DNA of 64,000 nt from Deltaproteobacteria bacterium (GTDB lineage: Bacteria > Myxococcota_A > Polyangia > Fen-1088). A program made the translations under genes and the position numbers. Within the stretch, counting starts at the first letter, position 1. Each line of letters begins with the position of its first letter. This document shows, in pieces, positions 39,378-49,292 of this stretch. The DNA lies in contig JANRKS010000036.1 of the NCBI GenBank assembly GCA_033763315.1, positions 12,912-76,911 of the forward strand, given 5' to 3'. A model generated the notes under the pieces. The model was not told where the DNA came from and did no database searches. It saw only the letters and a program-made list of their open reading frames with translations.

Positions 39378-40782
39378 GCTAGGACGAATCGTCACGTGTT
39401 TTTCACTGTTGTGCGCCAGTTGCGTGCCCTCGTTGACGCAAAAGCCGGCGCGTGAAGCGAACCGCACCACGCCGAAGAACTTCGAGGGCTCACAAGACAC
39501 CTCCAATTCAGCGCAGGCCAAGTGGCGCGAGTTCTTCAACGATCCCAACCTCAACGCGCTCATCACCTCGGCCCTGCAGAACAACCAAGAGCTGAACATT
39601 CAGCTGCAAGAGACGTTCATGGCCAACAACGAGGTGCTGGCAAACCGCGGAAGTTATATGCCGCGTGTTGATTTTAGGGCCGGCGGTGGCCTGGAAAAGG
39701 TGAGCCGCTACACCAGCAAGGGCGCGGCCGACGAACTCACGGGGGTTCCCGAACCTTTGCAGGACTATATGTTCGGCTTCTTTGCGTCGTGGGAAGTGGA
39801 CGTCTGGAAAAAGATGCGCAACGCCACGAAGGCGGCCACCTTCCGCTACCTGGCGACCCTCGAAGGCCGGAACTTCATCATCACACGCCTCGTGGCTGAG
39901 ATCGCGAACTCGTACTACGAGCTGATGGCGCTCGACAACCAGCTTGAGGTCTTGGACAGCAACATCGCAATCCAGCAGAGCGCGCTTGAAGTGGTGAAGC
40001 TGCAAAAGGAAGCGGCGCGGGTCACCGAGCTCGCCGTGCAAAGGTTCGAGGCGGAAGTGTTCAAAAACAAAAGCCGCCGCTACGACATTCTGCAGAGGAT
40101 CGTCGAAACAGAGAACAAGCTGAACTTTCTTGCGGGTCGCTTCCCGCAAACGCTTGCACGCAGCTCAAAAAGCTTTAACGACCTTTTGCCCAAAGCCATC
40201 GCGGCCGGCCTGCCTTCGCAACTGCTGCAGAACCGCCCCGACGTCACACGCGCTGAGCTGGAACTGGCGGCGGCGAAGCTGGATGTGCAGGTGGCGAAAG
40301 CATACTTTTATCCATCGTTCGGCATGCGGGCAGGCGTCGGCTACCAGGCGTTTAGAATCAAGCGCCTGATCAATACGCCAGAGTCGCTCCTCTATAACGT
40401 CTCAGCAGATTTAATGGCGCCTCTCATCAACCGAAACGAGATCAAAGCGGTCTACTTTTCGGCCAACTCAAAGCAACTGCAAGCGGTGTACGAGTATGAA
40501 AAGACCATCCTCAATGCATATACGGAGGTCGCCAACCAACTTTCCATGATCGACAACCTCAACAAGAGCTTCGCACTGCAAACACAGCAGGTGCAAAAGC
40601 TCACGTCGTCGATCGATATCTCCACAAGCCTCTTCACCTCGGCGCGTGCGGATTACATGGAAGTGCTGCTGACCCGCCGTGACGCGCTTGAATCACAAAT
40701 GGAGCTGATCGAAACGAAGAAGCGACAGCTGGCAGCGGTGGTGAACCTATATCAAGCGCTGGGCGGCGGCTGGCGGCGATAG
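39370..40782 (+). CDS. RND outer-membrane factor lipoprotein (TolC/OprM family)
   Basis: Lipobox CASC, WREFFNDPNL, LLQNRPDV, LYQALGGGW. Confidence 0.94.
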   Translation: MRRLGRIVTCFSLLCASCVPSLTQKPAREANRTTPKNFEGSQDTSNSAQAKWREFFNDPNLNALITSALQNNQELNIQLQETFMANNEVLANRGSYMPRVDFRAGGGLEKVSRYTSKGAADELTGVPEPLQDYMFGFFASWEVDVWKKMRNATKAATFRYLATLEGRNFIITRLVAEIANSYYELMALDNQLEVLDSNIAIQQSALEVVKLQKEAARVTELAVQRFEAEVFKNKSRRYDILQRIVETENKLNFLAGRFPQTLARSSKSFNDLLPKAIAAGLPSQLLQNRPDVTRAELELAAAKLDVQVAKAYFYPSFGMRAGVGYQAFRIKRLINTPESLLYNVSADLMAPLINRNEIKAVYFSANSKQLQAVYEYEKTILNAYTEVANQLSMIDNLNKSFALQTQQVQKLTSSIDISTSLFTSARADYMEVLLTRRDALESQMELIETKKRQLAAVVNLYQALGGGWRR

Positions 40783-40843
40783 GTGGCAGGAAGGCGGTTG
40801 GCAGGATGTCGGGTTAGGCGCGGGCCTGCTTTAGGAACGTCCG

Positions 40844-41455
40844 CTACGGGATGCAAGGCGAAAGGGATGCTCCCTGTGCGTCGAAAGATTTCAGAACGAC
40901 CTCCACCTCGGGATGCATGGGCGTTTCGGAGAGAAAGAAGATCAGGGTCTGCCGCTGTGTGTGCATTCGGAACAGCGTTAGCGCAGCTGTTTTGAGGTTG
41001 AGCCGCTGCGATTTCACCACCCGATCGCGCGTGGCATCCAAAGCCTTGCAATCCGGAAAGTGAATAAACCACAGGGCCGCGTGCAGCGGTCCCTGCGGCG
41101 AGCTCACCTGAAGAACTGCCTCGTCAAATTGACTGGCCTTGCGGAAGCCCGGGGCAGAAAAGTCCTTCGCCAGCCAGGACGCACGCTCAGCCTTGTCAGG
41201 TACGTTTAAGGTCACCTGCCAGTCTGCGTCGGAAACGCCCGCAAATGATCGGCCGATGGTGGTCGCCAAGGCTCCGATTGTCCACGTGCGCGTGAAATCA
41301 ATTGATAGCGTCTGTTCCGTTGGCCGCGCGTCCACGGAAGGCAGATTGGCCTCCGCATCAGGTGCGACTACAGCTGCGGGCGCCGGCCTTGTTTCCGTGC
41401 CCCGAGAGCAAGTGGCCGCGAAAAGAAGGATGAACACATATCTCACGAAGCACAT
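40844..41455 (-). CDS. Hypothetical exported/lipoprotein (candidate immunity protein)
   Basis: MCFVRYVFILLFAATC signal; starts 1 nt after the upstream stop (TAG-C-ATG). Confidence 0.6.
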   Translation of the reverse strand: MCFVRYVFILLFAATCSRGTETRPAPAAVVAPDAEANLPSVDARPTEQTLSIDFTRTWTIGALATTIGRSFAGVSDADWQVTLNVPDKAERASWLAKDFSAPGFRKASQFDEAVLQVSSPQGPLHAALWFIHFPDCKALDATRDRVVKSQRLNLKTAALTLFRMHTQRQTLIFFLSETPMHPEVEVVLKSFDAQGASLSPCIP

Positions 41456-41456
41456 G

Positions 41457-42011
41457 CTAACGAACCTGCACCTGTGGCGGAGAAGCCGGCGTGTACGTGA
41501 TGGACATGCAACCGGAATCGCCAATCTCTTTCAGGCTTAAAGCGAAAGAGCTTTTTACACTGCCCGAGATCTCTACAAGAAACTTGTTGAACATTACGAA
41601 ACCTGACGGCCCGCCGCACACCTCTATGCAGCCAGCGGTCGCGTACAATTGAGTCAGGGGATCGTCGGGCCCGTCATGAATCAAGAAGTTGCCGTGGACC
41701 TGCCAAGCCCCATCCTCTCGAGAGGGGAAACTGTGCACCTTATAGGTCGGGATCCAGCGGTGAATGACATAGGTGTGATGTTGACTAAGGCCGACCGTAT
41801 AGGGCTTTGGATTACCCGACTTCCGATGGACGCCGAAACGGATGACCTCGAACGTTTTGGAGACCGGGCGGTGAAACTGATCGTGGCCCAAAACCTTTAA
41901 CTCATACGTCGGTATCACGTACGTTTTGCCATCAAAATTCGGATACGACCACGTGTAGGCCACGCCGATAGGCGCCGCTCCAACGACAAGGCGGATTTTG
42001 CGAAGTGCCAT
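41457..42011 (-). CDS. Protein with L,D-transpeptidase-like H-x15-C motif (YkuD/Tlde1-like)
   Basis: FLIHDGPDDPLTQLYATAGCIEV; no evident signal peptide. Confidence 0.6.
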   Translation of the reverse strand: MALRKIRLVVGAAPIGVAYTWSYPNFDGKTYVIPTYELKVLGHDQFHRPVSKTFEVIRFGVHRKSGNPKPYTVGLSQHHTYVIHRWIPTYKVHSFPSREDGAWQVHGNFLIHDGPDDPLTQLYATAGCIEVCGGPSGFVMFNKFLVEISGSVKSSFALSLKEIGDSGCMSITYTPASPPQVQVR

Positions 42012-42151
42012 TTTGGGAATTATCGGTTCGGCTTGTCGACAGTTGCGTGGAACCCCGCTGCTGACGCGGCTTTCTACTGGGAAGGTGCCACCAAAATGCT
42101 GGGGCACGGATGACTTACCATGATTCGTCATGGTAAAAGCGACGTTCCGCG

Positions 42152-43189
42152 ATGAAATTGCCTCATCTGTTCCTGCGTTCTGCCTTTTCAATCGCCCTCG
42201 CCTTGAGTTCTGCGGGGCTCTCAATCGCAGTGGCCGCCGACAACGCGGAAATGCTGATTCGCAAGGGCGTCGAGCTGCGACGAAAGGGCCGCGATAGGGA
42301 TGCGGCCGATCTATTCCGGCAAGCTTATGATCTTTCCCACACGCCGAGGGCAGCGGCGCAGCTCGGTCTTTGTGAACAAGCTCTGGGGCAGTGGCTCGCA
42401 TCGGAGCAGCATCTGTCAGAAGCGCTGGTGGCGGAGTCAGATCCCTGGATCGCTGGCAAACGGGACACGCTCGAGGGCTCGCGCGAAGCGGTGAGGAATC
42501 GGCTTGGTTCGCTGCACATCGCAGGCGAACCTCGGGGCGCCATGGTGACGTTGAACGATCGAGTTCTTGGTCAGCTGCCGCTCACGGATGACGCTTGGGT
42601 GCTGCCGGGGGCGTCGGTGCTTATTGTTCGCAAGGACGGCTACGAGAGCAAGACGATGAACGTGAACGTTGACGCGGGCACGAAGCAAGCTGTGACGATC
42701 CACTTGACGGCTCCCGTGTCTTCGCCCAGCGTCGCGGTCAACTCCTCCCGCAAGGAATCGACGTCGGCCGTCCAAGAAGAAACGGTGCAGTCCGGTGCGG
42801 GGCCACAAGAAGCCACGTGGCGCCCGTACGTTATGTGGGGCGCGCTTGGCACTGGCGTCGCTTCACTGACGCTGGGGATAGTGAGCCACGTGCAACGCGA
42901 GTCTCACATATCCACGTTCAACGACGAAAACGGCAATTGCTTCAATGATGGCGGCACCATCGTTGGTGGGTCCGCTTGTGAATCGCTTCACTCAAAAATC
43001 AGCGGCGACACAACGCGAATGATCGTTGGCTATGTCGGCGCCGCCGTTTTCACCGGTGTTGCAACCGTCTTGTGGGCTACAAAGCCATCGTCTACGGAAC
43101 AGTCAGTTGCCTGTGGTGTTGCACCAAACAGTGCCACGCTGGGCTCACTTCGCTATCTCGCGTCCATTCAATGTAGCGGCAGATTCTAA
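42152..43189 (+). CDS. TPR + PEGA domain protein
   Basis: Signal peptide, TPR-like AADLFRQAY...LGLCEQALG, PEGA GEPRGAMVTLND...RKDGY, C-terminal hydrophobic segments. Confidence 0.85.
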   Translation: MKLPHLFLRSAFSIALALSSAGLSIAVAADNAEMLIRKGVELRRKGRDRDAADLFRQAYDLSHTPRAAAQLGLCEQALGQWLASEQHLSEALVAESDPWIAGKRDTLEGSREAVRNRLGSLHIAGEPRGAMVTLNDRVLGQLPLTDDAWVLPGASVLIVRKDGYESKTMNVNVDAGTKQAVTIHLTAPVSSPSVAVNSSRKESTSAVQEETVQSGAGPQEATWRPYVMWGALGTGVASLTLGIVSHVQRESHISTFNDENGNCFNDGGTIVGGSACESLHSKISGDTTRMIVGYVGAAVFTGVATVLWATKPSSTEQSVACGVAPNSATLGSLRYLASIQCSGRF

Positions 43190-43198
43190 GGGCCAACG

Positions 43199-45253
43199 AT
43201 GTACAGAGCACTAAAGATTATTTCACTTCTTGCTGCGCTCGCAGTCGCGGCAAGTTGCAGCAGCGAACGCAGCTTGCCCAAAGCCTCCGAAGATGTTGAC
43301 GCAAATGTCGGCGCTTCGGGAGGCGCGGCTGGCGGCAATTTGGGAGGGGGGGGAGCAGGCTTGGCGGACGCGGGTTCCGGCTTGGGATCCGATGATGGGT
43401 CTGCGCCTCTCATCGATCTGTGCCCGAAAGACGAACGCCGCTGCAGCAGCGGAGCGATCGAAGAATGTCGCGACGGAGCGTGGACCCAAGTCATGACTTG
43501 TGGCGGGTTCTGCCTGAACAAGGCGTGCGTAGCGTGCAAACCGGATGCGAAAAAGTGCGACGGCAGCGCGCCGCAGGTTTGCGATGCGACTGGCTCGTGG
43601 ACTGCGTCAGGAGCGGCTTGTGACACGGGCTGCAACGCAGAAACGGGGCTTTGCAACGGTTGCCCCACGACGGGACAAAGGACCTGCACGGGCAAAGATG
43701 TGTTCGTCTGCTCGCCGGACAAAAAGTGGGTAAAGGACGTGACCTGTAGTGCGACTCAAGGGTGCATCGCTGGAGCGTGCACGGCTTGCGATCCAGGTGT
43801 TTCACCTGTCGCCTGCCAAGACGCGAGGGTCCGCGAATGCGCAACAAACGGAGAATGGAAAGAAAAGGTGGTGTGTGAAAACTTCCAAGTCTGCGGCGTT
43901 GACCGCTGCTTACCGACGTACGCGTCTACCGTCACTATCGGCGTGGTCGAGTCAGTGAAGTTCTCAACGATCTTTCAAGATGGCTCCGCGATTCTTGTGG
44001 GAAGATTTAAGGGATCTGTGGATTTCGATCCTACTCCAAAGGTCGCGCTGCTTGCTGGCGGTCCTGGAGCATGGTTCGTGCTCCGCGTCGCCGGCGACAA
44101 TTCGGTCGTGTGGGCAAAGGCGTTCTCGGGAAACATCCTCATGAACTCTCTATCGCCTGGATCGGACTTCGGAGCACTGTTGACCGGGAGTTTTTTTGGC
44201 AGTGCTGACTTCGCGGGGAGAAATGAATCGGCAGCAACACAAGGCACCAACTTTATCATCCGCATTTCGAAGGACGGGACATTGGACCTGCGCGCCTTCA
44301 AGGAAACATCGGCAGCTTCTTGGAGCATCACCGATGCCATCTCACGTCCCACCGGTGAAAGCACATTTGTGGGTCGTTTTTCGGGCACCTTGCAGTTCGA
44401 TGTAGACGGCGCAGGATACACATCCATCCCGGACAACACTAATGGCTTCGTCGCTACCCTAACGACCGCCGGAAAAGTGTCATCGGTTCAACAGATCCGC
44501 GCCTTGAACAACGGTCAGGTGTCACCAACAAATGTCATCCGATCAACGTCCGGTGGACTGTGGATCGGGGGACTGGCCTCGGGAGAAATTGACCTCGATC
44601 CTACAGCCGGTATTGATAACCGACTGGTGAGCAGGCTGTCTTTTTTCATGTTGAGACTGGACGCGGGAGGCGCTTACAGGGCCGGCAAGATCCTAGATGT
44701 CGCTAACATAGATTTCTCAACCAGGCTTGTAGCGCTTGCTGGCACGAGCGACGATGGAGTTGTGGTGGGGGGGAACTTGTACGCCGATAGCGGTGCGATC
44801 GATCTTGACCCGGGCACCGAAAAAGTCAGCAAAACAGCGATCGGTGAAAACGATTTTTTCGTCATCAAGTTGAACAAGGCAGGCGAATATCAATGGGGCA
44901 ACGTATGGGGTGGCTCTGCGTGGGACGAGCTAGCTGCACTCCAAACGCATTCGACGGATGAAGTTCTAGTGAGCGGGTCGTTCAAAGGGAACCTGAATTT
45001 TGCAAACGAACAGTCTCCCGTCCTGCGCAGTGCTAGCGACGGGGCCGCTTTCGCAATGGTGCTCAAACCCAACGGCGAATTGCGTCTCGTCCTAAATACA
45101 GGTGGCGCCGAAGGTTCAGCGTCTGCCGGTTTCACTCAAACCGGTTTCGCCATGTCCGGAATCTTCATGGGCAGCGTCGACTTCCAGCCCGGCAACGGCG
45201 TCGAATTCAAGGAAGGCTCGCCGTCATTGTTTCTCAGCCGTTATTCCCTATAG
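43199..45253 (+). CDS. Lipoprotein with Cys-rich repeats and beta-propeller-like (DFDP) repeats
   Basis: Lipobox AASC, about four Cys-rich units (C..C..G.W...C), repeated G.F.G.VDFDP / IDLDP. Confidence 0.8.
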   Translation: MYRALKIISLLAALAVAASCSSERSLPKASEDVDANVGASGGAAGGNLGGGGAGLADAGSGLGSDDGSAPLIDLCPKDERRCSSGAIEECRDGAWTQVMTCGGFCLNKACVACKPDAKKCDGSAPQVCDATGSWTASGAACDTGCNAETGLCNGCPTTGQRTCTGKDVFVCSPDKKWVKDVTCSATQGCIAGACTACDPGVSPVACQDARVRECATNGEWKEKVVCENFQVCGVDRCLPTYASTVTIGVVESVKFSTIFQDGSAILVGRFKGSVDFDPTPKVALLAGGPGAWFVLRVAGDNSVVWAKAFSGNILMNSLSPGSDFGALLTGSFFGSADFAGRNESAATQGTNFIIRISKDGTLDLRAFKETSAASWSITDAISRPTGESTFVGRFSGTLQFDVDGAGYTSIPDNTNGFVATLTTAGKVSSVQQIRALNNGQVSPTNVIRSTSGGLWIGGLASGEIDLDPTAGIDNRLVSRLSFFMLRLDAGGAYRAGKILDVANIDFSTRLVALAGTSDDGVVVGGNLYADSGAIDLDPGTEKVSKTAIGENDFFVIKLNKAGEYQWGNVWGGSAWDELAALQTHSTDEVLVSGSFKGNLNFANEQSPVLRSASDGAAFAMVLKPNGELRLVLNTGGAEGSASAGFTQTGFAMSGIFMGSVDFQPGNGVEFKEGSPSLFLSRYSL

Positions 45254-45613
45254 CGTCCCGGCGCGAGCGAACGGTTGCTTAAATCGGGACCTGCCGTAAC
45301 GGTGGGCTTCCTTTCCTTTACCAGCGCGACCGCCGCTTGTGCTACCCCACCCGGCCACACAGAGCATTCGTGTGGGTCGGCCTCAGGGGCATACAAAGGC
45401 GATGTAAAAATGTGCGAATTCGCGGCTCCTCCTGTGTGGATAGGATTGGAATCTGGTCAAGACTGCGCAATTCTTGCCCATCGCACTTCGGCGGTGATGT
45501 GGTTTTGGGACCTGGTGATCCGAAGGGCAACGTCCAGCAGTTCATTGTTCGTTATCCCTCGGCCTGATGGCCCAGAGTCTCGCGGGGCTCTGTTTTGCTT
45601 AAGGAGCACTGTC

Positions 45614-46303
45614 ATGAAACTCGTAAAACCGTTATTCGTTGTCGGCTTAATGTTCGCCCTGGCCCCAATCGCCATTGTTGGCTGTGGCGGTTCCAGCGAT
45701 AGCGACGGATCGGGTGGCAGCGGAGGCGATGGCGGTGACGGAGGAGGCAGCAGTTCTGGCGGCAAGGGCGGCAATGCTTCCGGCGGTAAGGGCGGCAGCG
45801 CCAATGGCGGCAGCGGCGGCTCTGCTTCTGGCGGTAGCGGTGGTACATCCGCTGGCGGCGGTGGCGGGACGGCGAGCGGCGGCAGTGGCGGCGCGGCAGG
45901 TGGTGCCGGTGGTGGAAGCGGTGGCGCAGCAGGAGGCGCTGGCGGCGCGGGCGGGACTGGTGGCGCTGCGGGCGGAGCTGGTGGTTCAGCAGCCCCTACG
46001 TTCAAGATGATTTACGACACCATCCTGAGCAAAACAGCTTCTGCAGCGAACGTAGGATGCGTCGGGGGCCAGTGCCACAACGTCGTCCATAAAGGAGTCA
46101 TCTTCGAGGCGGGAGGAGGAGCTACGGCGGCCTACAACTCGCTCAAGAACGCGATGAAATTCGTGGCTGGGAATCCGAACATGTCTGTCATCTACAATGA
46201 GGTGAAGAACAAGGAAATGCCGAAGGACGCGAACGCCAAGCTGTCCGACGCCCAGGTAAAGATGATCGAGGATTGGATCAAAGCGGGTGCGTTGAACAAC
46301 TGA
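45614..46303 (+). CDS. Lipoprotein with long Gly-rich linker and monoheme cytochrome c-like domain
   Basis: RBS AAGGAG, lipobox IVGC, CVGGQCH, EMP, IEDWIKAGA. Confidence 0.75.
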   Translation: MKLVKPLFVVGLMFALAPIAIVGCGGSSDSDGSGGSGGDGGDGGGSSSGGKGGNASGGKGGSANGGSGGSASGGSGGTSAGGGGGTASGGSGGAAGGAGGGSGGAAGGAGGAGGTGGAAGGAGGSAAPTFKMIYDTILSKTASAANVGCVGGQCHNVVHKGVIFEAGGGATAAYNSLKNAMKFVAGNPNMSVIYNEVKNKEMPKDANAKLSDAQVKMIEDWIKAGALNN

Positions 46304-46321
46304 AGTTCTCACTGATTCGCC

Positions 46322-46353
46322 AAAGCCGCTGCGCTTCCAAGCCCAGCGGCTTT
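46322..46353 (+). terminator. Probable intrinsic terminator
   Basis: AAAGCCGCTG...CAGCGGCTTT hairpin just after stop 46303. Confidence 0.65.
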
Positions 46354-46585
46354 CGTGTTTCGAAGGCGCCCCGCCAGACGGCTACCAGTGCATCTAGCAG
46401 GCCATCCCGGCCGCCGCCGGGTGAATCGAGGAGGCAGATTAGGCCTACGCGTTAAGGCCAATCGACCAACGCGCGTAAGCACTCCTCGTAAGGGCTCCCC
46501 TTGATGCCTTCATCTTGACCAAACAGAAAGAACCTGTGCTTCGGCACTTCCTGCAATCTGGGGTACCTCTTTCCAAATTGTTCTA

Positions 46586-46612
46586 CAAAATGGAATTACC
46601 GACTCCATTTTG
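46586..46612 (-). terminator. Hairpin downstream of yaeQ (terminator or operator)
   Basis: CAAAATGGA-N9-TCCATTTTG inverted repeat. Confidence 0.45.
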
Positions 46613-46647
46613 CGACGACCCAGCAGCGCACTGCGCCACGACCACGC

Positions 46648-47193
46648 CTAGCCCGGCAACAAGGCGTGGCGGGTTACGGCGCCTGTGACGCTGTGATCCT
46701 TGACCGTGACATAGAGCTCGCCGCTGGTACGCACCAGCACCCATTTGCAGTTGCGGTCCGTCACTGCGTCAAGCTCGTCTAGAAAGGCGCCATCGAACGC
46801 AAACACCTCAATGCTTTCGGCTTTGTGTACGCGCTCCCCGGCAACGGCCTTTTGCAAAGTCGCGGGATCGTGTTGCGTGAACACAACGACGCGCGGTGAA
46901 GCTTTGCTTGCTTTGTGCAAACGCTCAGCAGAGGGCGCGCCAACTTCGATCCAACAGCGCAGGTTGCCTTGCAGGTCTTTGATCCACAACGCTGGTTCAT
47001 CTGTCGTCGAAAGGCCCTTCGAGAACGCGATGCCGTCCTCGTAGCTTAGGCAGTAAGCGAGCACGCGTGTTAGCAGGAACCGCATGGTTTCTGAGGGATG
47101 ACGCGCAAGCCGCAAATCAAGAGCTTCGTAAACGTTCCGGTCCACGTCCGATAGATCGATTTGCAGGTGATAGACCGTTGCGCCCAAAGCCAT
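46648..47193 (-). CDS. yaeQ: YaeQ family protein
   Basis: MALGATVY, LARHPSET, FSKGLSTTDEPALW, WIEVG. Confidence 0.93.
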   Translation of the reverse strand: MALGATVYHLQIDLSDVDRNVYEALDLRLARHPSETMRFLLTRVLAYCLSYEDGIAFSKGLSTTDEPALWIKDLQGNLRCWIEVGAPSAERLHKASKASPRVVVFTQHDPATLQKAVAGERVHKAESIEVFAFDGAFLDELDAVTDRNCKWVLVRTSGELYVTVKDHSVTGAVTRHALLPG

Positions 47194-47385
47194 ACGCGCA
47201 CCTTAGGGCAAAAGCGCACCTGCAGCCATGCCCTCTTGTTCCTGTGGACGTAACGAAAACAAATAGGCCGCTTTGCGCGGTTCACCCATCTCGAACGGCG
47301 TTTGACGAGGTGCGCTTGTGGCTGTTAGCGCCAGCAGCCTGCCTGGCTATAGGCACAACCGCGTACAGCCGATGTACCAAGGGAG

Positions 47386-48792
47386 ATGTCCCCTGAGGAC
47401 GAGATGGTCACGACGCTTGAGATCCCCGCCGGCACATCGCCGTCGGGGCGTGCGCCCTATCGGACCCCAACCCCCGAGGAAGAGGATGATGACGGCACCC
47501 TGCCCCCGGGGAGCGCGGCCGGCAATTGGATCATCGACTTTCTATTGACCAAAGGGGGTGGCGGCCAGATTTACCAGGCGCACCACGCTCAACTGCAACG
47601 CGTGGTGGCGGTTAAAGTCTTGTTGAAGTCGTTAGCGAACCACCCGGAAACTGTGAAGCGGTTTCTACAAGAGGCCGTTTCAGTGAACATGATCCGCCAT
47701 CCTTCGATCGTCGACGTGTTCGACGTGGGCACCTTGAATGATGGCCGCCCCTACCTTGTGATGGAGTTGCTGCAAGGTGAGACCTTGCAACAAACCATCC
47801 GCCGCAAAGGCCGGCTGCGCGGAGAAGAGGCCGCGCAGATTCTTGAACCGCTGTGCGATGCGCTTCATGCGGCGCACACTGCCGGATTTGTTCATCGGGA
47901 TGTGAAAGCCGCCAACGTTCACGTGGGTGAGCGCAACGGAAAGCTGCGCGTCACGCTGCTTGATTTTGGCATCGCCAAAGCGTTGCGTGTCGATGCACCT
48001 GGCGCCGGTATGACTGCGCGAGGCACGCGCTTGGGTTCGGTGACGTCAATGGCACCCGAGCAAGTGCAGGGCAAGACGATCTCGCCAAGCACCGATGTCT
48101 ATGCGTTAGGCGCTTTGTTGTTTCGTATGCTCACCGGAGGGCACCCATTTTCAGCTCAAAGCATCTCAGAGCTTGAACGCATGCACTTAGAAGCCAGCGT
48201 GCCCAACGTGTCCGACTATGCGCCCGTCAGCCGCGATTGGAACATCATCATAAAAACGGCGATGGCCAAAAAGCCGGCCGACCGCTATCAAAGCACTGTG
48301 GCCTTTATGGCGGCCGTCCAGCGCGCGGCGGCTCCGATGGATGCCGCCGGCACCACAAGATCAGAGGTGCAGGCCTTGGGTGTTTTGGTGACCATTGAGG
48401 CCGACGCCAATCACGGCGATGAAGGCCTGGCGGCGGTGATGAGCGCGCTTGACGATGTGGAACAATTGCTGGAGGAAGCGCACTTTCCGTTCGTACGCGT
48501 CGTGGGGTCGTCCATCTTGGGAGTGCGTCCGCTAGAGCCAAGCAGCACAAAAGCGCAAGCGTGTAGTGACGCCGTGTCGATGGTGCGCGCGCTCATCCAC
48601 GATCTTGAACACCAAGCGCCGCGATCGTTCTCCGTGCGCGCGGCCTTGCATCTCGATTCGGTGGCGCTTTCGAAAGCTGAGCCGCCGCAGCTCGTGGGTG
48701 GCGCGCTGCTTGAGGTGCAGGATTGGATGCCCCCGAGCGAGGAAGGGCATCTGTGGGTGAGTGATGAAGTGCGGCGCGAACTGAACGCCTAA
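47386..48792 (+). CDS. Ser/Thr protein kinase with degenerate cyclase-like C-terminal domain
   Basis: VAVKVL, HRDVKAAN, DFGIAK, MAPEQ, DVYALG. Confidence 0.9.
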   Translation: MSPEDEMVTTLEIPAGTSPSGRAPYRTPTPEEEDDDGTLPPGSAAGNWIIDFLLTKGGGGQIYQAHHAQLQRVVAVKVLLKSLANHPETVKRFLQEAVSVNMIRHPSIVDVFDVGTLNDGRPYLVMELLQGETLQQTIRRKGRLRGEEAAQILEPLCDALHAAHTAGFVHRDVKAANVHVGERNGKLRVTLLDFGIAKALRVDAPGAGMTARGTRLGSVTSMAPEQVQGKTISPSTDVYALGALLFRMLTGGHPFSAQSISELERMHLEASVPNVSDYAPVSRDWNIIIKTAMAKKPADRYQSTVAFMAAVQRAAAPMDAAGTTRSEVQALGVLVTIEADANHGDEGLAAVMSALDDVEQLLEEAHFPFVRVVGSSILGVRPLEPSSTKAQACSDAVSMVRALIHDLEHQAPRSFSVRAALHLDSVALSKAEPPQLVGGALLEVQDWMPPSEEGHLWVSDEVRRELNA

Positions 48793-49247
48793 GGTTTCAG
48801 CTCTTCACAGCGAGCCATGCGGCCCACGGGTGCGCCCGCGACGAAGCGGCCGAAACGATATTCGCCCTTGGCGGTGATGCCGCCCTCTTCCGTGTATTGC
48901 GTCCATTTGCCGGCCTTCTCGCCGCCGCGGTAAACGCCCTCGATCCAGACTTTGCCATTGGGGTACCAGGCCATGTAGGAGCCTTCAGCGCTACCGTTGC
49001 TGAAACTACACGACTGGCGACGCCCCTTACCCTCGGCCTGCAGCTCAAACCATTGCGCATGCTTTGCATCTTCGCTTTGGCACCACACTTCGTTTTGTGA
49101 GGATTTTGCAGCCACTTTGCGCATGCCTTCAGGGCAATGCTTGGGGCCGCCACAGCCGATGGCCAACAACGCCACGGCCACGCAAGAAAAAACGCGACTT
49201 GGGTGTAACAAACAAGAAGTGCGCGACATCGGGTTCATGCCAAGCAT
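48789..49247 (-). CDS. MORN-variant repeat lipoprotein
   Basis: Lipobox AIGC; [20 protein letters not shown]. Confidence 0.75.
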   Translation of the reverse strand: MLGMNPMSRTSCLLHPSRVFSCVAVALLAIGCGGPKHCPEGMRKVAAKSSQNEVWCQSEDAKHAQWFELQAEGKGRRQSCSFSNGSAEGSYMAWYPNGKVWIEGVYRGGEKAGKWTQYTEEGGITAKGEYRFGRFVAGAPVGRMARCEELKP

Positions 49248-49292
49248 CGGCAGGCCTCCACCCGAACTTTAGAACATGGTAGCTTTCCCTCC

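Noticed and set aside
40813-40819. GTTAGGC, possible integron attC core next to cassette-like genes
   Set aside because: No complementary partner box or attC-length hairpin, and no integrase in the window
45700-45990. GGC-rich repetitive DNA
   Set aside because: Encodes a Gly/Ser/Ala linker; not CRISPR or a fixed-unit satellite
46586-46612. 9-9-9 palindrome resembling the geometry of the nsrR-proximal palindrome
   Set aside because: Arm sequences differ and it lies between convergent gene ends, so a shared operator is unlikely
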